Source: Bacteroidales bacterium
GTDB lineage: Bacteria; Bacteroidota; Bacteroidia; Bacteroidales; UBA3824
Assembly: GCA_045597465.1 (NCBI GenBank)
Contig: JAZLKG010000086.1
Location: 2,994-66,993 of the forward strand
Direction of reading: 5' to 3'
DNA length: 64,000 nt
The notes under the pieces are model-generated. The model searched no databases. It saw only the letters and a program-made list of their open reading frames with translations, and was not told the DNA's origin. Positions 23,287-32,619 of this stretch are shown here, one piece after another. The stretch's first letter is position 1; every line of letters begins with the position of its first letter. The position numbers and the translations under genes are program-made.

Positions 23287-23375
23287 GATTTTTTTGGCTT
23301 TCTTGTTTTCCGCAAATTTCTAAATTTTTGTCCGATAATCATATTTTTTTGTGGTGATTTTTTTTATGGGAGGGC

Positions 23376-23450
23376 GATAGTAGAGCCAAAAGTGGTAATT
23401 TTTGTATAGATTTGGCTCTGGTATCGGGTGATAGTAGAGCCAAAAGTGGT
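23376..23450. repeat. Direct-inverted-direct repeat triad
   Basis: gatagtagagccaaaagtggt at 23376 and 23430; inverted tttggctctggtatc at 23411. Confidence 0.8.
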
Positions 23451-23483
23451 TCAGAATGTGGTTACGATGGAGGATTTATTTTC

Positions 23484-24395
23484 CTAAATATTATTGATTT
23501 CGTCTATTGACAAACCAGTAACAGCGGAAATCTGTTCGTATGTCATTGTTCCGAGAGATTTCAGATTTTTGGCGATATTAATTTGGGTTTGCTCGATGCC
23601 TTCGGCTATTCCCTTCTCGATGCCTTCGGCCATTCCTTTGCGAAAGCCCTTATATATTCCAGTCTCTATCTCGCTCTGACGGATGCGTTTAAGATCCTGG
23701 TCCATTAGATATTGCTTCTTTTCTCTCGGCGAGAGTTTCTCGAACAAAAGAGCTTCTCTTGCTTCCTGAAGACCGGGCGCCTTGGCTGTAGATGGTATGC
23801 AATCTGTTTTCAGAAAACTGATCCATTCCTCCAGGGGAGTTTTTGCGTATTGGTTGAATTGTTTTACCTTCAAGATGAAATACTCTGGCATAATGTCTCC
23901 CGGAGTCTCGCAACTATACAATTCCTTCTGCTCTTCCGAAAGTTCCAGTTTGTTTTTTGAGTTTGATAGACTCACGAACTCTGTTTTGCCGTGATACGCA
24001 TAGTCGTCACCCTTGCCGAGGTCGAAGTAAACAATGTTTATTGAATATATTTTTCGCACCTTGCTGAAAACGTCGCCCTTTTGAATATATTCGGTCAATG
24101 ACTTGGATGTACCGTATGTCATGCGATGGAAATAGTCGTTCTGGTCGTCGTACTGGATTTCGAGGATGAGCAATTCTCCCTCCTCGGTCTCGCAAAATAC
24201 GTCAACACGGTTGTATTTATCATCGAAAGTCTCCTTGTTGGCCTCGCTCTCGTTCAAGTGGGAAAGTTTGATTTTCTTCCCTAAAAGCGAAGTCAGAAAA
24301 CCTTCCACGATAACGTGGTCAGCCTTGTTTCTGAGCAGTTTCTTTATCGCCCAGTCAAAACTTACTAATGGTCTGTCGTAATTTGCAGTAGTCAT
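23484..24395 (-). CDS. Rpn family recombination-promoting nuclease / PD-(D/E)XK transposase-like
   Basis: FDWAIKKLLRNK, NRVD, ILEIQ, GIEKG repeats, C-terminal IAKNLK...TGLS. Confidence 0.88.
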   Translation of the reverse strand: MTTANYDRPLVSFDWAIKKLLRNKADHVIVEGFLTSLLGKKIKLSHLNESEANKETFDDKYNRVDVFCETEEGELLILEIQYDDQNDYFHRMTYGTSKSLTEYIQKGDVFSKVRKIYSINIVYFDLGKGDDYAYHGKTEFVSLSNSKNKLELSEEQKELYSCETPGDIMPEYFILKVKQFNQYAKTPLEEWISFLKTDCIPSTAKAPGLQEAREALLFEKLSPREKKQYLMDQDLKRIRQSEIETGIYKGFRKGMAEGIEKGIAEGIEQTQINIAKNLKSLGTMTYEQISAVTGLSIDEINNI

Positions 24396-24565
24396 ATCCA
24401 GGATTTCTTGATTTGGCGCAAATATAATAAAAATCCCGCTAATTTCATTTTTCCTATGCGATTTTTTTTGATTTTTCGGGGATTGGAATTGTGGAGAAAT
24501 GACGACAACAACGAAAAACAATAAAAAAAATATCAGCAAAATCTTTGTCAGTAATTCTTATTTTA

Positions 24566-24573
24566 TATCTTTG
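24566..24573 (+). promoter_or_regulatory. Bacteroidetes -7 promoter element
   Basis: TATCTTTG matches TAnnTTTG, with upstream TTTG at 24544. Confidence 0.6.
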
Positions 24574-24576
24574 CAA

Positions 24577-25009
24577 TGTCTTTCGGCCCAGCCGAAGACA
24601 ATTATACATAAAGCGTCATTAATGCTTTGTTCTCGTTGTTACGAAATTACCACTTTCAATATCAGGCAGAACGAATCAAAGATGGCGTTTACGGGTATGT
24701 TTATTCATCATCCGGAAAGTGTGCAGAGGACTTCGTGTCCTCTTGCATGCTTTTATGGTGACTCATCATATTGCGTAGGCGTCTGTTGTTCGTTTCCTGA
24801 TAGGGCTGTGGTAGGCCTCGATATAGAACGAACACAAAAACAGATACCTGCGCTTCTTTTGTATATATACTATTAGAAAACAATATCGAATTTTGGCTTT
24901 TTATCCCTTCTTGAAATCTGGACAATTTTAATTAACGGGGAGATAAGCAACTGAAATTCTACACATTATAAAAAACTATAAGGTGTTGATTGGATGCTTA
25001 TTGCCCGTA
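24577..25009 (+). ncRNA. Putative structured leader/regulatory RNA upstream of the dnd locus
   Basis: Five hairpins found by eye; loops TTACCAC and TGTGGTA are complementary; follows a promoter motif. Confidence 0.5.
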
Positions 25010-25076
25010 AGGTTACCAGAACCACAAGAACATTAAGTTCTCCTCTCCGCGCCGTTTTTTTGGTAGAAAAGGAAAA

Positions 25077-25245
25077 ATGAAGGTTGATTTTATTCAGGAT
25101 ACCATTGATGAGATCATAGACCAATATATGTTTGCTGACGATTCGCTCCGCCCTTGGATAATTGGATTCAGTGGAGGAAAAGACTCAACAGTAATGCTTG
25201 AATTGGTTTGGCTCGCAATAAAACAAATCAAGGAACACCACGGTC
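25077..25245 (+). pseudogene. dndC: DndC N-terminal fragment (~56 codons)
   Basis: DQY...RPWIIGFSGGKDST PP-loop; similarity stops after KEHHG and the ORF reads out of frame into dndD. Confidence 0.8.
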
Positions 25246-27223
25246 TGCAAGTGTTTGGTGTTTGTATGGAAAACAAATGCAAGATGTTGACGAATTATAC
25301 AAAAAAGAAATTACCGAACAAGGCGGTTATACAAAGTATATTGCAAAATCTTTGAACAACTCTGCAATGGCTGAGGGTGAGACTGATTTTGCTGTCCGCG
25401 TTGTGTTTGTGGATGTCAATATTCCTGAAATCCAATGCAAGGAAATCCAGATTACAAGAACTTACTCAACGGTTTCCAATAATGACCGTTTGGAGATTCT
25501 TATTGACGGATACAAAAACGAGTTGATTCAAGAACTCACAACAGAAGGCAAGAAAGATGCCGAGGAAATTTTCATCAGGGAGTTTTTGTTGCCCATCGAA
25601 ATCGCCAAATTCTTTTTCTTCGACGCAGAGAAAATTGTTTCAATAGGCGATATCAGTTCGTCTGAACAGCGTCAGAAGTTGAGCAGGGCTTATACAGAAG
25701 TACTTGGTATCAAGAAATACGAAGATTTGAAGGGCCAAATTGAGGTCTTGCAGGACGATTATCGTAGAAATTCGGCAAAGCCTGAAGAGTTGCGTAAATT
25801 CAATTCTATAAAAACTGAGATTGAAAATAAGAAATTGGAAATCGATGAGTATAATGATAGAATTGAAACGTTAGAAGAAGAAAAGGAAGATAAAAGGTCC
25901 GCTTCCAATAATCTTCAAATGAAGTTGATTAAGGAAGGTAACCAAATGTCACTTGAACAGATAGGCCATTACAAGGATCAAGAGACAAAACTTGATAAAA
26001 CACTAAAGGATATCCAAGAAAACCTTAGAGACTTATACGATTTAGTTCCTTTTGGTTTATCCGGTGGTTTACTTATGGATATTGCTGAGCAGTTGAAAAA
26101 GGAAACAAATATAAAAAGAAACCAATATAGACAGGAAGATGTTTCTTCAAAAACTAGTAATATCATCAATGATATAGAAGAGGCAAGACAACAATCTGGA
26201 CAGACTATCAGATACGAAATCAGCAGTTTCTATATTGAACAAATCAAGAAACTTGTGAAGAAGTATTTCTATAGTGATGTTCCTGAGGTTGACCCCAATG
26301 AGGTTACTCTTCATGATTTTACTGACGAACAAACAAACACTTTCAATGACTTGATAAAGAATTTGAAGCAGTCGTTTAAGTCAGAATTCACTAAGTTGTC
26401 AAATGAGTATCAGATTAAGAAAAACGAGTATGATCAGGTTCATCGTTTGATTCTTAATGCTGAGAAAAATGCAGAGGATGAACATATTGCTGCTTTGAGG
26501 AAAGAAAAGGAAGAACTTGATGCTAACATAAACGCCATAGAATCAGAAATCAAAGATCTATATGGGAAAGTAATCGTTGCTCGCAATGATTTGAAATCGT
26601 TGAAGCAAAGACAGGAGGAACTCAGAAAGAAAATTGATGAGTCAAGCAAATATACTGACAAAGAGCGTAAGACTAAACAGATAATAGATCAGTTGAAATC
26701 GTTTATTGTCTCGTTTAAACAAGAAAAGAAACGTAAACTTGAGGCAAATATTTTGGAAGAGCTGTCTCTCTTAATGCACAAAAAGAATTTTGTAAAAAGA
26801 GTGGAAGTCGACATTAATTCCAATAATGATGATGTCGATATCAGTTTGTACAGGGACAATAATGTAAAATTGGGTAAAACCTCACTCTCAATGGGTGAGC
26901 GTCAGTTGTTCTCGTCTGCATTGCTGAAATCTCTCATTGACGAGTCGGATATCGAATTTCCTGTCTTCATTGATAGCCCTATGCAGAAGTTCGATGGTCA
27001 GCATGCGAAAAGCGTTATTACTGAATACTATCCAAATGTATCAAAGCAAGTTATTCTATTCCCATTGCTGTTGAAAGAATTGACGGCGGAAGAGTACGAA
27101 CTTTTGAAACCTAAGGTTTGCAAGGCTTATTTGATACAGAACGAAACCAACGAGGCGTCTCATTTTACCGATGTGGCTCCCGATGAATTAATTAATAAAT
27201 ACAAGAATCTATATGCAAATTAA
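25246..27223 (+). pseudogene. dndD: DndD (SMC-like ATPase) lacking its N-terminal Walker A
   Basis: Begins at VWCLYGKQM; FFFFDAEKI, coiled coil, LSMGERQ signature and VFIDSP Walker B are present, but no GxxGxGKT. Confidence 0.8.
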
Positions 27224-28796
27224 CATACGTACTTCGGAGGCAAATTTGGAAGTAGTAAGGACTCTTACAAAGAAATTGCCGACAGGATCAAAGGAGAATG
27301 TAATTGCTAGAATTGCATTAGGGTTTTCTTTGCAGAAAGGTGTAAAATTCTCCGAGTCAGAATTCAATAAATATGATTCAAAAGGCAAGGAATACAAAGA
27401 GCATATATTGTTTGATCAGAATAAGGATTACTATATAGCCCTTATTTGTCAGCATTATGGAATATACAAAACCGATGAAAATATTCCAAAGTATATGAAA
27501 CTCCATATTGATGACGGATTGGAGAGAATGAATAAGATTTTCTCCAACAGCAATAACTATACTTTTATGGATTTCCTTATGGATAATCTTGAAAATGGTA
27601 TTAAAATGCTGGACGATTCCAATTCGGAGTATTCTTTCGCCAAGAATTATAACCTTGGTATAGAAAAGAATTTCTATCAGGATGCTATTAATATCGCGAT
27701 CGGAAAAACTCTTCAGGGAGAAAATATCAATTTCAGTTTCAATAAATCAGACCTTTACAGCAACAATCATATAGCAGTAGCGGGTAATTCAGGAACGGGA
27801 AAAACTCAGTTTGCATTATCATTGTTGCAACAAATTTCTCAAAACTCAAACCACAAGGTCAATTTTATCTATCTTGACTTCAAGGGATTGAAAGGTGATG
27901 ACGCAGAGAAATTGAAACCATTTTTTGATTCTACACATACTGAATTAATTGATGTTCCAAACAAACCATTCCCTGTAAATCCACTTTCGTTTATTGATGG
28001 AATCAACGAACAGAACAAGAAGATGGGAATTGACAAGTTTGTTGATATTATTACCAAATATCAAAGTCTTGGTATTAAACAACAGGGAAAATTGCGTGAA
28101 GCAATTAAAGAGTGTTTCAAAGATCAAAAACCGAAGGAATACCCTTCATTGCAAGAAATCAACGAAAAGTTGATAGAGATTGTAGGTGAAGACAAAAAGG
28201 ATTCGCTTACTCAAATTATTGAAGATTTGAGCCGTTACACTATTTTTAGCAACGGGAAAACTCTTGACACAAATTTCCTTGAAAGAAATCTGTACTTGTC
28301 GCTTTCAGGAGACTTAGCGCCACAAATCAGATTCACTTCGTTGTTCCTTATCATAAACTATATTTACAATATGTTTATGAATATGGAGAACACACCTGTT
28401 TCTGATGAAGGATATAGGGCAATGAGATACGTAATTCTTATTGATGAGGCTCATGTAATCTTTAAGGAGAAAAAATATCACGATATCTTAGAAAAAATAC
28501 TCAGAGAGATTCGTTCAAAAGGCGTTTCGGTAATCCTTTTGTCGCAAGGAATCGAAGAATACATTACGTCTTCCTTTGACTTTTCAAGTATGTGTCAAAT
28601 TGCATTCCTGTTGCCGATTAAGGATTTGACAAACAATAAGATTATCAATAAGTTTATGGGATTCTCAGACAAAGATTCATTAAAAGCAAGCAAGAGTCTT
28701 GAGCGTATTTCAAATGGACAGGCTATCACAAACATTGCAGAATATACTAAAGGCGAATTGTTTGATGTATCTCAATATTGGAAAATGAATCAATAA
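27213..28796 (+). CDS. dndE: DndE domain fused to a HerA/DndH-like P-loop ATPase
   Basis: N-terminal IRTS...ENVIARIALGFSL...HIDDGLE; AGNSGTGKT, ILIDEAH, EIRSKGVSVILLSQ. Confidence 0.75.
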   Translation: MQINIRTSEANLEVVRTLTKKLPTGSKENVIARIALGFSLQKGVKFSESEFNKYDSKGKEYKEHILFDQNKDYYIALICQHYGIYKTDENIPKYMKLHIDDGLERMNKIFSNSNNYTFMDFLMDNLENGIKMLDDSNSEYSFAKNYNLGIEKNFYQDAINIAIGKTLQGENINFSFNKSDLYSNNHIAVAGNSGTGKTQFALSLLQQISQNSNHKVNFIYLDFKGLKGDDAEKLKPFFDSTHTELIDVPNKPFPVNPLSFIDGINEQNKKMGIDKFVDIITKYQSLGIKQQGKLREAIKECFKDQKPKEYPSLQEINEKLIEIVGEDKKDSLTQIIEDLSRYTIFSNGKTLDTNFLERNLYLSLSGDLAPQIRFTSLFLIINYIYNMFMNMENTPVSDEGYRAMRYVILIDEAHVIFKEKKYHDILEKILREIRSKGVSVILLSQGIEEYITSSFDFSSMCQIAFLLPIKDLTNNKIINKFMGFSDKDSLKASKSLERISNGQAITNIAEYTKGELFDVSQYWKMNQ

Positions 28797-28812
28797 TCCC
28801 CTCGATTAGCCC

Positions 28813-29184
28813 ATGCCAACAATCAACTCTATCTTAACCCCGAACTCCATTCTCTCGCTGACTGATGAGGCCGGCGAGGGGTTGGAGATTTTGTATGAAC
28901 AGGTGGCCAAGGAACTAAATATGCCTGAGATCTGTTATGAGAACATTGAGCATTGCAAGGCCGTTGGGAACGGTAGTGCGGTTGCCGTTCTTATCACGTG
29001 GCAGAAATCTCAGCAAGGTGTGGTGATTGTGTTGGACGCCAAGACCGGTGCCATCAAACAATCCTACGATGGAGCTTCCGCAACCGATATAGAAATTGAG
29101 GACGATAATCTGAAGGTGACATATACCATTCACAACTTCTTTTCTGAACCTAAAGTTTTTACCTCCAATTTCCCAATTTCTTAA
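28813..29184 (+). CDS. Hypothetical protein
   Basis: 123-aa ORF starting 16 bp after dndE. Confidence 0.55.
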   Translation: MPTINSILTPNSILSLTDEAGEGLEILYEQVAKELNMPEICYENIEHCKAVGNGSAVAVLITWQKSQQGVVIVLDAKTGAIKQSYDGASATDIEIEDDNLKVTYTIHNFFSEPKVFTSNFPIS

Positions 29185-29240
29185 TCAATTCTCAAAATCT
29201 TAATACCTTAATACTTAGTATTTTATCCTCCAAAAACCCA

Positions 29241-29314
29241 ATTATTCCACGTCATTATCTGTCGAAAAATGATAGATAATGACGTGAAATAATTATTATT
29301 CCGCGTCATTATCT
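29241..29314. repeat. 74-bp direct-inverted-direct triad of ATTATTCCRCGTCATTATCT (left copy)
   Basis: Units at 29241, 29274 (inverted) and 29295. Confidence 0.9.
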
Positions 29315-29362
29315 TTAAAAAATTTATTATATTTGTGGCGTGAAACTAAATTTAGAATCGCT

Positions 29363-30784
29363 ATGGGCATTATTGTAGGACGCGAGAAGGAGCGAGAGAT
29401 TCTTGACAGATATTACAATTCCGGCAAGGCAGAGTTTGTGGCGGTGTATGGACGTCGCCGTGTGGGAAAGACGTATCTCATCAAACAGCATTTCGCCAAG
29501 CAGATCAGTTTTTATGCAACTGGAATCTTCGAGGGTTCCAAGGATGAACTTTTATCGCATTTCAACAAGCAACTCAACCTGTATTCGGGAGGAAGTTATC
29601 CGCTGGTTGACAACTGGTTCGATGCGTTTGACCAACTTAAAAACCTCATAATCAACTGCCACAAAAAGCGTGTTCTTGTATTCATCGACGAGTTGCCGTG
29701 GTTCGATTCCCATAAATCACGTTTCGTGAAAGCCCTCGAATTGTTTTGGAACAGCTGGGGAGCCGATCAGGAAAATCTGATGCTCGTGGTCTGCGGATCG
29801 GCTACCACGTGGATGACCAACAAGATAATCGGCGACAAGGGCGGACTCCACAACCGAATCACCAAGCAGATATATCTTGCGCCGTTCACTATTGCCGAGG
29901 CTGCGAAATTCCTTAGGACCAAGAAGATAGAGTTTACGGCCAAACAACTTGCCGAATATTATATGATAATGGGAGGTGTGCCGTTTTATCTGGACCAGAT
30001 AGCCAAGGGAAAGAGTCCCGAACAGAATATCAACGAGATTTTCTTTGACAGGAATTCCGACCTCAGCAAGGAATATGGCAGGCTCTACAAATCGCTTTTC
30101 GGCGAGGCGCCCACGTATCAGAAGGTGGTGGAATTGCTGGCCACAAACAGCAGCGGATACACTCAGAAAGAGATTGCACAGAAACTGAAAATCACAAATG
30201 GCGGAAACCTCAGCATTGTGCTCCAGAATCTCTGTGACTGCGATTTCGTGACAAGATATTACGCCTTCGACAAGCAGAAGCGCGACGTCTTATACAAGTT
30301 AATCGACTTCTACACACTGTTTTACCTGCATTTCATCCACGGCCAAATGCGGAATTTGGGCAGTTGGAGCAATTCGCAGGATTCGCCCGAAAAACGCACC
30401 TGGTATGGCTATGCGTTCGAGTTGCTGTGTTTCTGCCACATAGATTTCATAAAAAGCGCACTCGGAATCTCGGGCACGGTCACCAATGTAAGTTCCTGGC
30501 GTTACGATGGCGAATATGGAAAGGCTCAGATAGATTTGGTAATCGACCGCCGCGACGATACGATAAACCTCTGCGAGATAAAATTCTCCAAGAATCAGTA
30601 TATCATCACAGGCGACTACGAGGAAAAACTTGAAGAGCGGAAGGAACTTTTCAGGCTTGCGACAGGCACTCACAAGGCGCTCTATAATACATTAATCACC
30701 ATCAACGGTCTTAAGCCCGGAATTCACAACGACTGCATACAGAATCATATTGACTTATCTCTGTATATCAATGGCTTAGTATAA
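29363..30784 (+). CDS. ATPase_2-type AAA ATPase with wHTH and C-terminal PD-(D/E)XK-like domain
   Basis: IVGRE, YGRRRVGKT, FIDELPW, GGVPFYL, QIDLVIDR...CEIK. Confidence 0.88.
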   Translation: MGIIVGREKEREILDRYYNSGKAEFVAVYGRRRVGKTYLIKQHFAKQISFYATGIFEGSKDELLSHFNKQLNLYSGGSYPLVDNWFDAFDQLKNLIINCHKKRVLVFIDELPWFDSHKSRFVKALELFWNSWGADQENLMLVVCGSATTWMTNKIIGDKGGLHNRITKQIYLAPFTIAEAAKFLRTKKIEFTAKQLAEYYMIMGGVPFYLDQIAKGKSPEQNINEIFFDRNSDLSKEYGRLYKSLFGEAPTYQKVVELLATNSSGYTQKEIAQKLKITNGGNLSIVLQNLCDCDFVTRYYAFDKQKRDVLYKLIDFYTLFYLHFIHGQMRNLGSWSNSQDSPEKRTWYGYAFELLCFCHIDFIKSALGISGTVTNVSSWRYDGEYGKAQIDLVIDRRDDTINLCEIKFSKNQYIITGDYEEKLEERKELFRLATGTHKALYNTLITINGLKPGIHNDCIQNHIDLSLYINGLV

Positions 30785-30793
30785 TTTTATTCA

Positions 30794-30867
30794 ATTATTC
30801 CGCGTCATTATCTCCCAAAAAACAACAGATAATGACGTGAAATAATTATTATTCCGCGTCATTATCT
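30794..30867. repeat. 74-bp triad (right copy)
   Basis: Units at 30794, 30827 (inverted) and 30848, same order as the left copy. Confidence 0.9.
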
Positions 30868-30886
30868 GCCGAAAATTCCAATATTT

Positions 30887-32200
30887 TCACATATCCTCCA
30901 TTGACAATCCTCTTACCTCGAATTTGTATTTGCCGAATTCTGCCTTGGGGAGTTTTTCTATCTTTGAGCGCAGGTCACCGAGGCTGATTTTCTTGGGGTT
31001 GCGCTTAATTTCGGATATAAGGCCAGTGTGGTCCATCTCGTTGATGGCCACCATATCAATCTCGTTCTCGTTTTTGCGGTCCCACCAGTTGCCTATTGCT
31101 GTGTATTGGCCCGTCTCCATATACATTGCCTGAAAATACTGCTCTAATGTGATTCCGCTGAAAAGCTCATAGTTTTTCTCGATGTTTTGACGCAGAAGAG
31201 CCGTCTGCTGACGCTCTATCAGCGATTGATATGGACAGATAAACCGGAACCAGAAGCGCAGGAATGGATCTGATATGGCGTATGAGGTAGTCTTGCTGTT
31301 GGTATGGCTCAGGATTGGTTTCTTCCTTGTCACCATATAGAAGTTCTTCTCCATATTCATCAAATACACGCCCATGTCTTTCTGCATTACGCTGTCTATC
31401 TCGGTACGGCGTGTCATGCCTTGTGCTATCAGCTGAAGGATGGAGAAATACGTTGCGCTGTCGTCGCTAAACTCCTGATTCATTATGTCGCGTCCCTCGG
31501 TAAGGAAATACGAGTCGGGACGGCATACGTAGTCAAGCATTCTTTTCTTGCTGGTGCATTTGGCATCCATCAACAGTTCCACATATTTGGCCACACCACC
31601 CGTTATCATATAGAGGCAAAGCAAGTCCTCGTTCGCGTAATCGGGATTGTGGTCTTTAAGAATCTCCTTCAGAACCTCTATCGAAAAAGGCAGAAGCGTG
31701 AATTTTGAAGTTGGGCGTCCATAGAGAGGCTCGCCCTTCTCCTCGAAAATTCGTTTCATCAACGACTGTATGCTTCCTGATACTATGAGGTTTATGTGGG
31801 ATTCCCTGTGATAGCGGTCCCATATATCCTGAATCTCGCTGAAGATTGCCGGATTTATTTTATAAAGAGTCTGAAACTCGTCGAATACTATTGTGAAATG
31901 CCTCTTCTGCGATTCCCGCATTACAATCTCGAACAATTCCCCGAATTTTGTAATGTATCCATAAATGCTGATACCTAATTGCTCCGAGATTATTGACTGA
32001 AATTTTCTGCAAAGCAGCGACTCGCTGTCCTTGCTCACAAACAGGTATGCGTATTCAGAGTTGCTGAGCGCATGGGTGAGCAACGATGTTTTTCCAACAC
32101 GTCGGCGTCCCATCAATACTGTGAATGTGGCGGATGTCTGTGCCTGCAACTCATTTTGTTTCAGTATATTTATCTCATTTTCGCGGTCGTAGAATCTCAT
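30887..32200 (-). CDS. ATPase_2 + DUF234-like nuclease-domain protein
   Basis: FYDRE, GRRRVGKT, FDEFQ, DPFLRFWFRF, GNWWD...EIDMV...EIK. Confidence 0.88.
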   Translation of the reverse strand: MRFYDRENEINILKQNELQAQTSATFTVLMGRRRVGKTSLLTHALSNSEYAYLFVSKDSESLLCRKFQSIISEQLGISIYGYITKFGELFEIVMRESQKRHFTIVFDEFQTLYKINPAIFSEIQDIWDRYHRESHINLIVSGSIQSLMKRIFEEKGEPLYGRPTSKFTLLPFSIEVLKEILKDHNPDYANEDLLCLYMITGGVAKYVELLMDAKCTSKKRMLDYVCRPDSYFLTEGRDIMNQEFSDDSATYFSILQLIAQGMTRRTEIDSVMQKDMGVYLMNMEKNFYMVTRKKPILSHTNSKTTSYAISDPFLRFWFRFICPYQSLIERQQTALLRQNIEKNYELFSGITLEQYFQAMYMETGQYTAIGNWWDRKNENEIDMVAINEMDHTGLISEIKRNPKKISLGDLRSKIEKLPKAEFGKYKFEVRGLSMEDM

Positions 32201-32287
32201 AATGTTAATGACTATTTATATAAATACGCGTTTACATTGTTGGTGCAAATTTATATATTTATTCCCGCATTTCCAAATCTTTCACCC

Positions 32288-32329
32288 AAAATGTTAATGA
32301 CGATTAATATTAATCGTCATTAACATTTT
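32288..32329. promoter_or_regulatory. Perfect 42-bp palindrome, putative operator
   Basis: aaaatgttaatgacgattaatattaatcgtcattaacatttt; half-site also at 32201-32216 next to the start codon. Confidence 0.65.
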
Positions 32330-32340
32330 CCAATCCCCAA

Positions 32341-32502
32341 TCCCCGACCTCCGCAATTTTTGCGGTTTGGTGGAGGTCGGGGCTACGGAACGTGAAGGCC
32401 TGGCGGCCTATAAGATTAACATGGAATGTAAGAGGTCCTGTGGACCCCCACGCTCCGTAGCCCCGGCCATCACCACGCGTCAATAATCGTTATGGCCGGG
32501 GA
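32341..32502. repeat. Inverted pair of GTAG-type REPs (REPIN-like), second family
   Basis: tccccgacctcc...ggaggtcggggctac and gtagccccggccat...atggccgggga, with complementary inner arms (ctacggaacgtg / cacgctccgtag). Confidence 0.65.
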
Positions 32503-32546
32503 AATTGGCGGGCATCAATGATCGCTATGGCCGGGGAAATGATAAA

Positions 32547-32583
32547 CAAAAAAAGGCGATGCCACTCGGCATCGCCTTTTTTT
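32547..32583 (-). terminator. Intrinsic terminator of purL
   Basis: aaaaaaggcgatgcc actc ggcatcgcctttttt. Confidence 0.8.
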
Positions 32584-32589
32584 ATGTGT

Positions 32590-32614
32590 TAGACGCACGG
32601 CCGTGCGTCTCTAC
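32590..32614. repeat. GTAG-family REP variant
   Basis: agacgcacggccgtgcgtctctac. Confidence 0.65.
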
Positions 32615-32619
32615 GGGCA

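Noticed and set aside
24499-24876. 125-aa + strand ORF over the structured region
   Set aside because: Overlaps the promoter motif and hairpins, composition is not protein-like, and no motif was recognised
24577-25009. Retron msr/msd or DGR template
   Set aside because: No reverse transcriptase (YxDD-type) gene is seen in the window
25208-25279. ORF-track start for a full-length 671-aa DndD
   Set aside because: The first residues derive from out-of-frame dndC sequence and Walker A is absent
29241-30867. Repeat triads as IS terminal inverted repeats
   Set aside because: The two triads are in direct orientation and the enclosed gene has no DDE or HUH transposase motif
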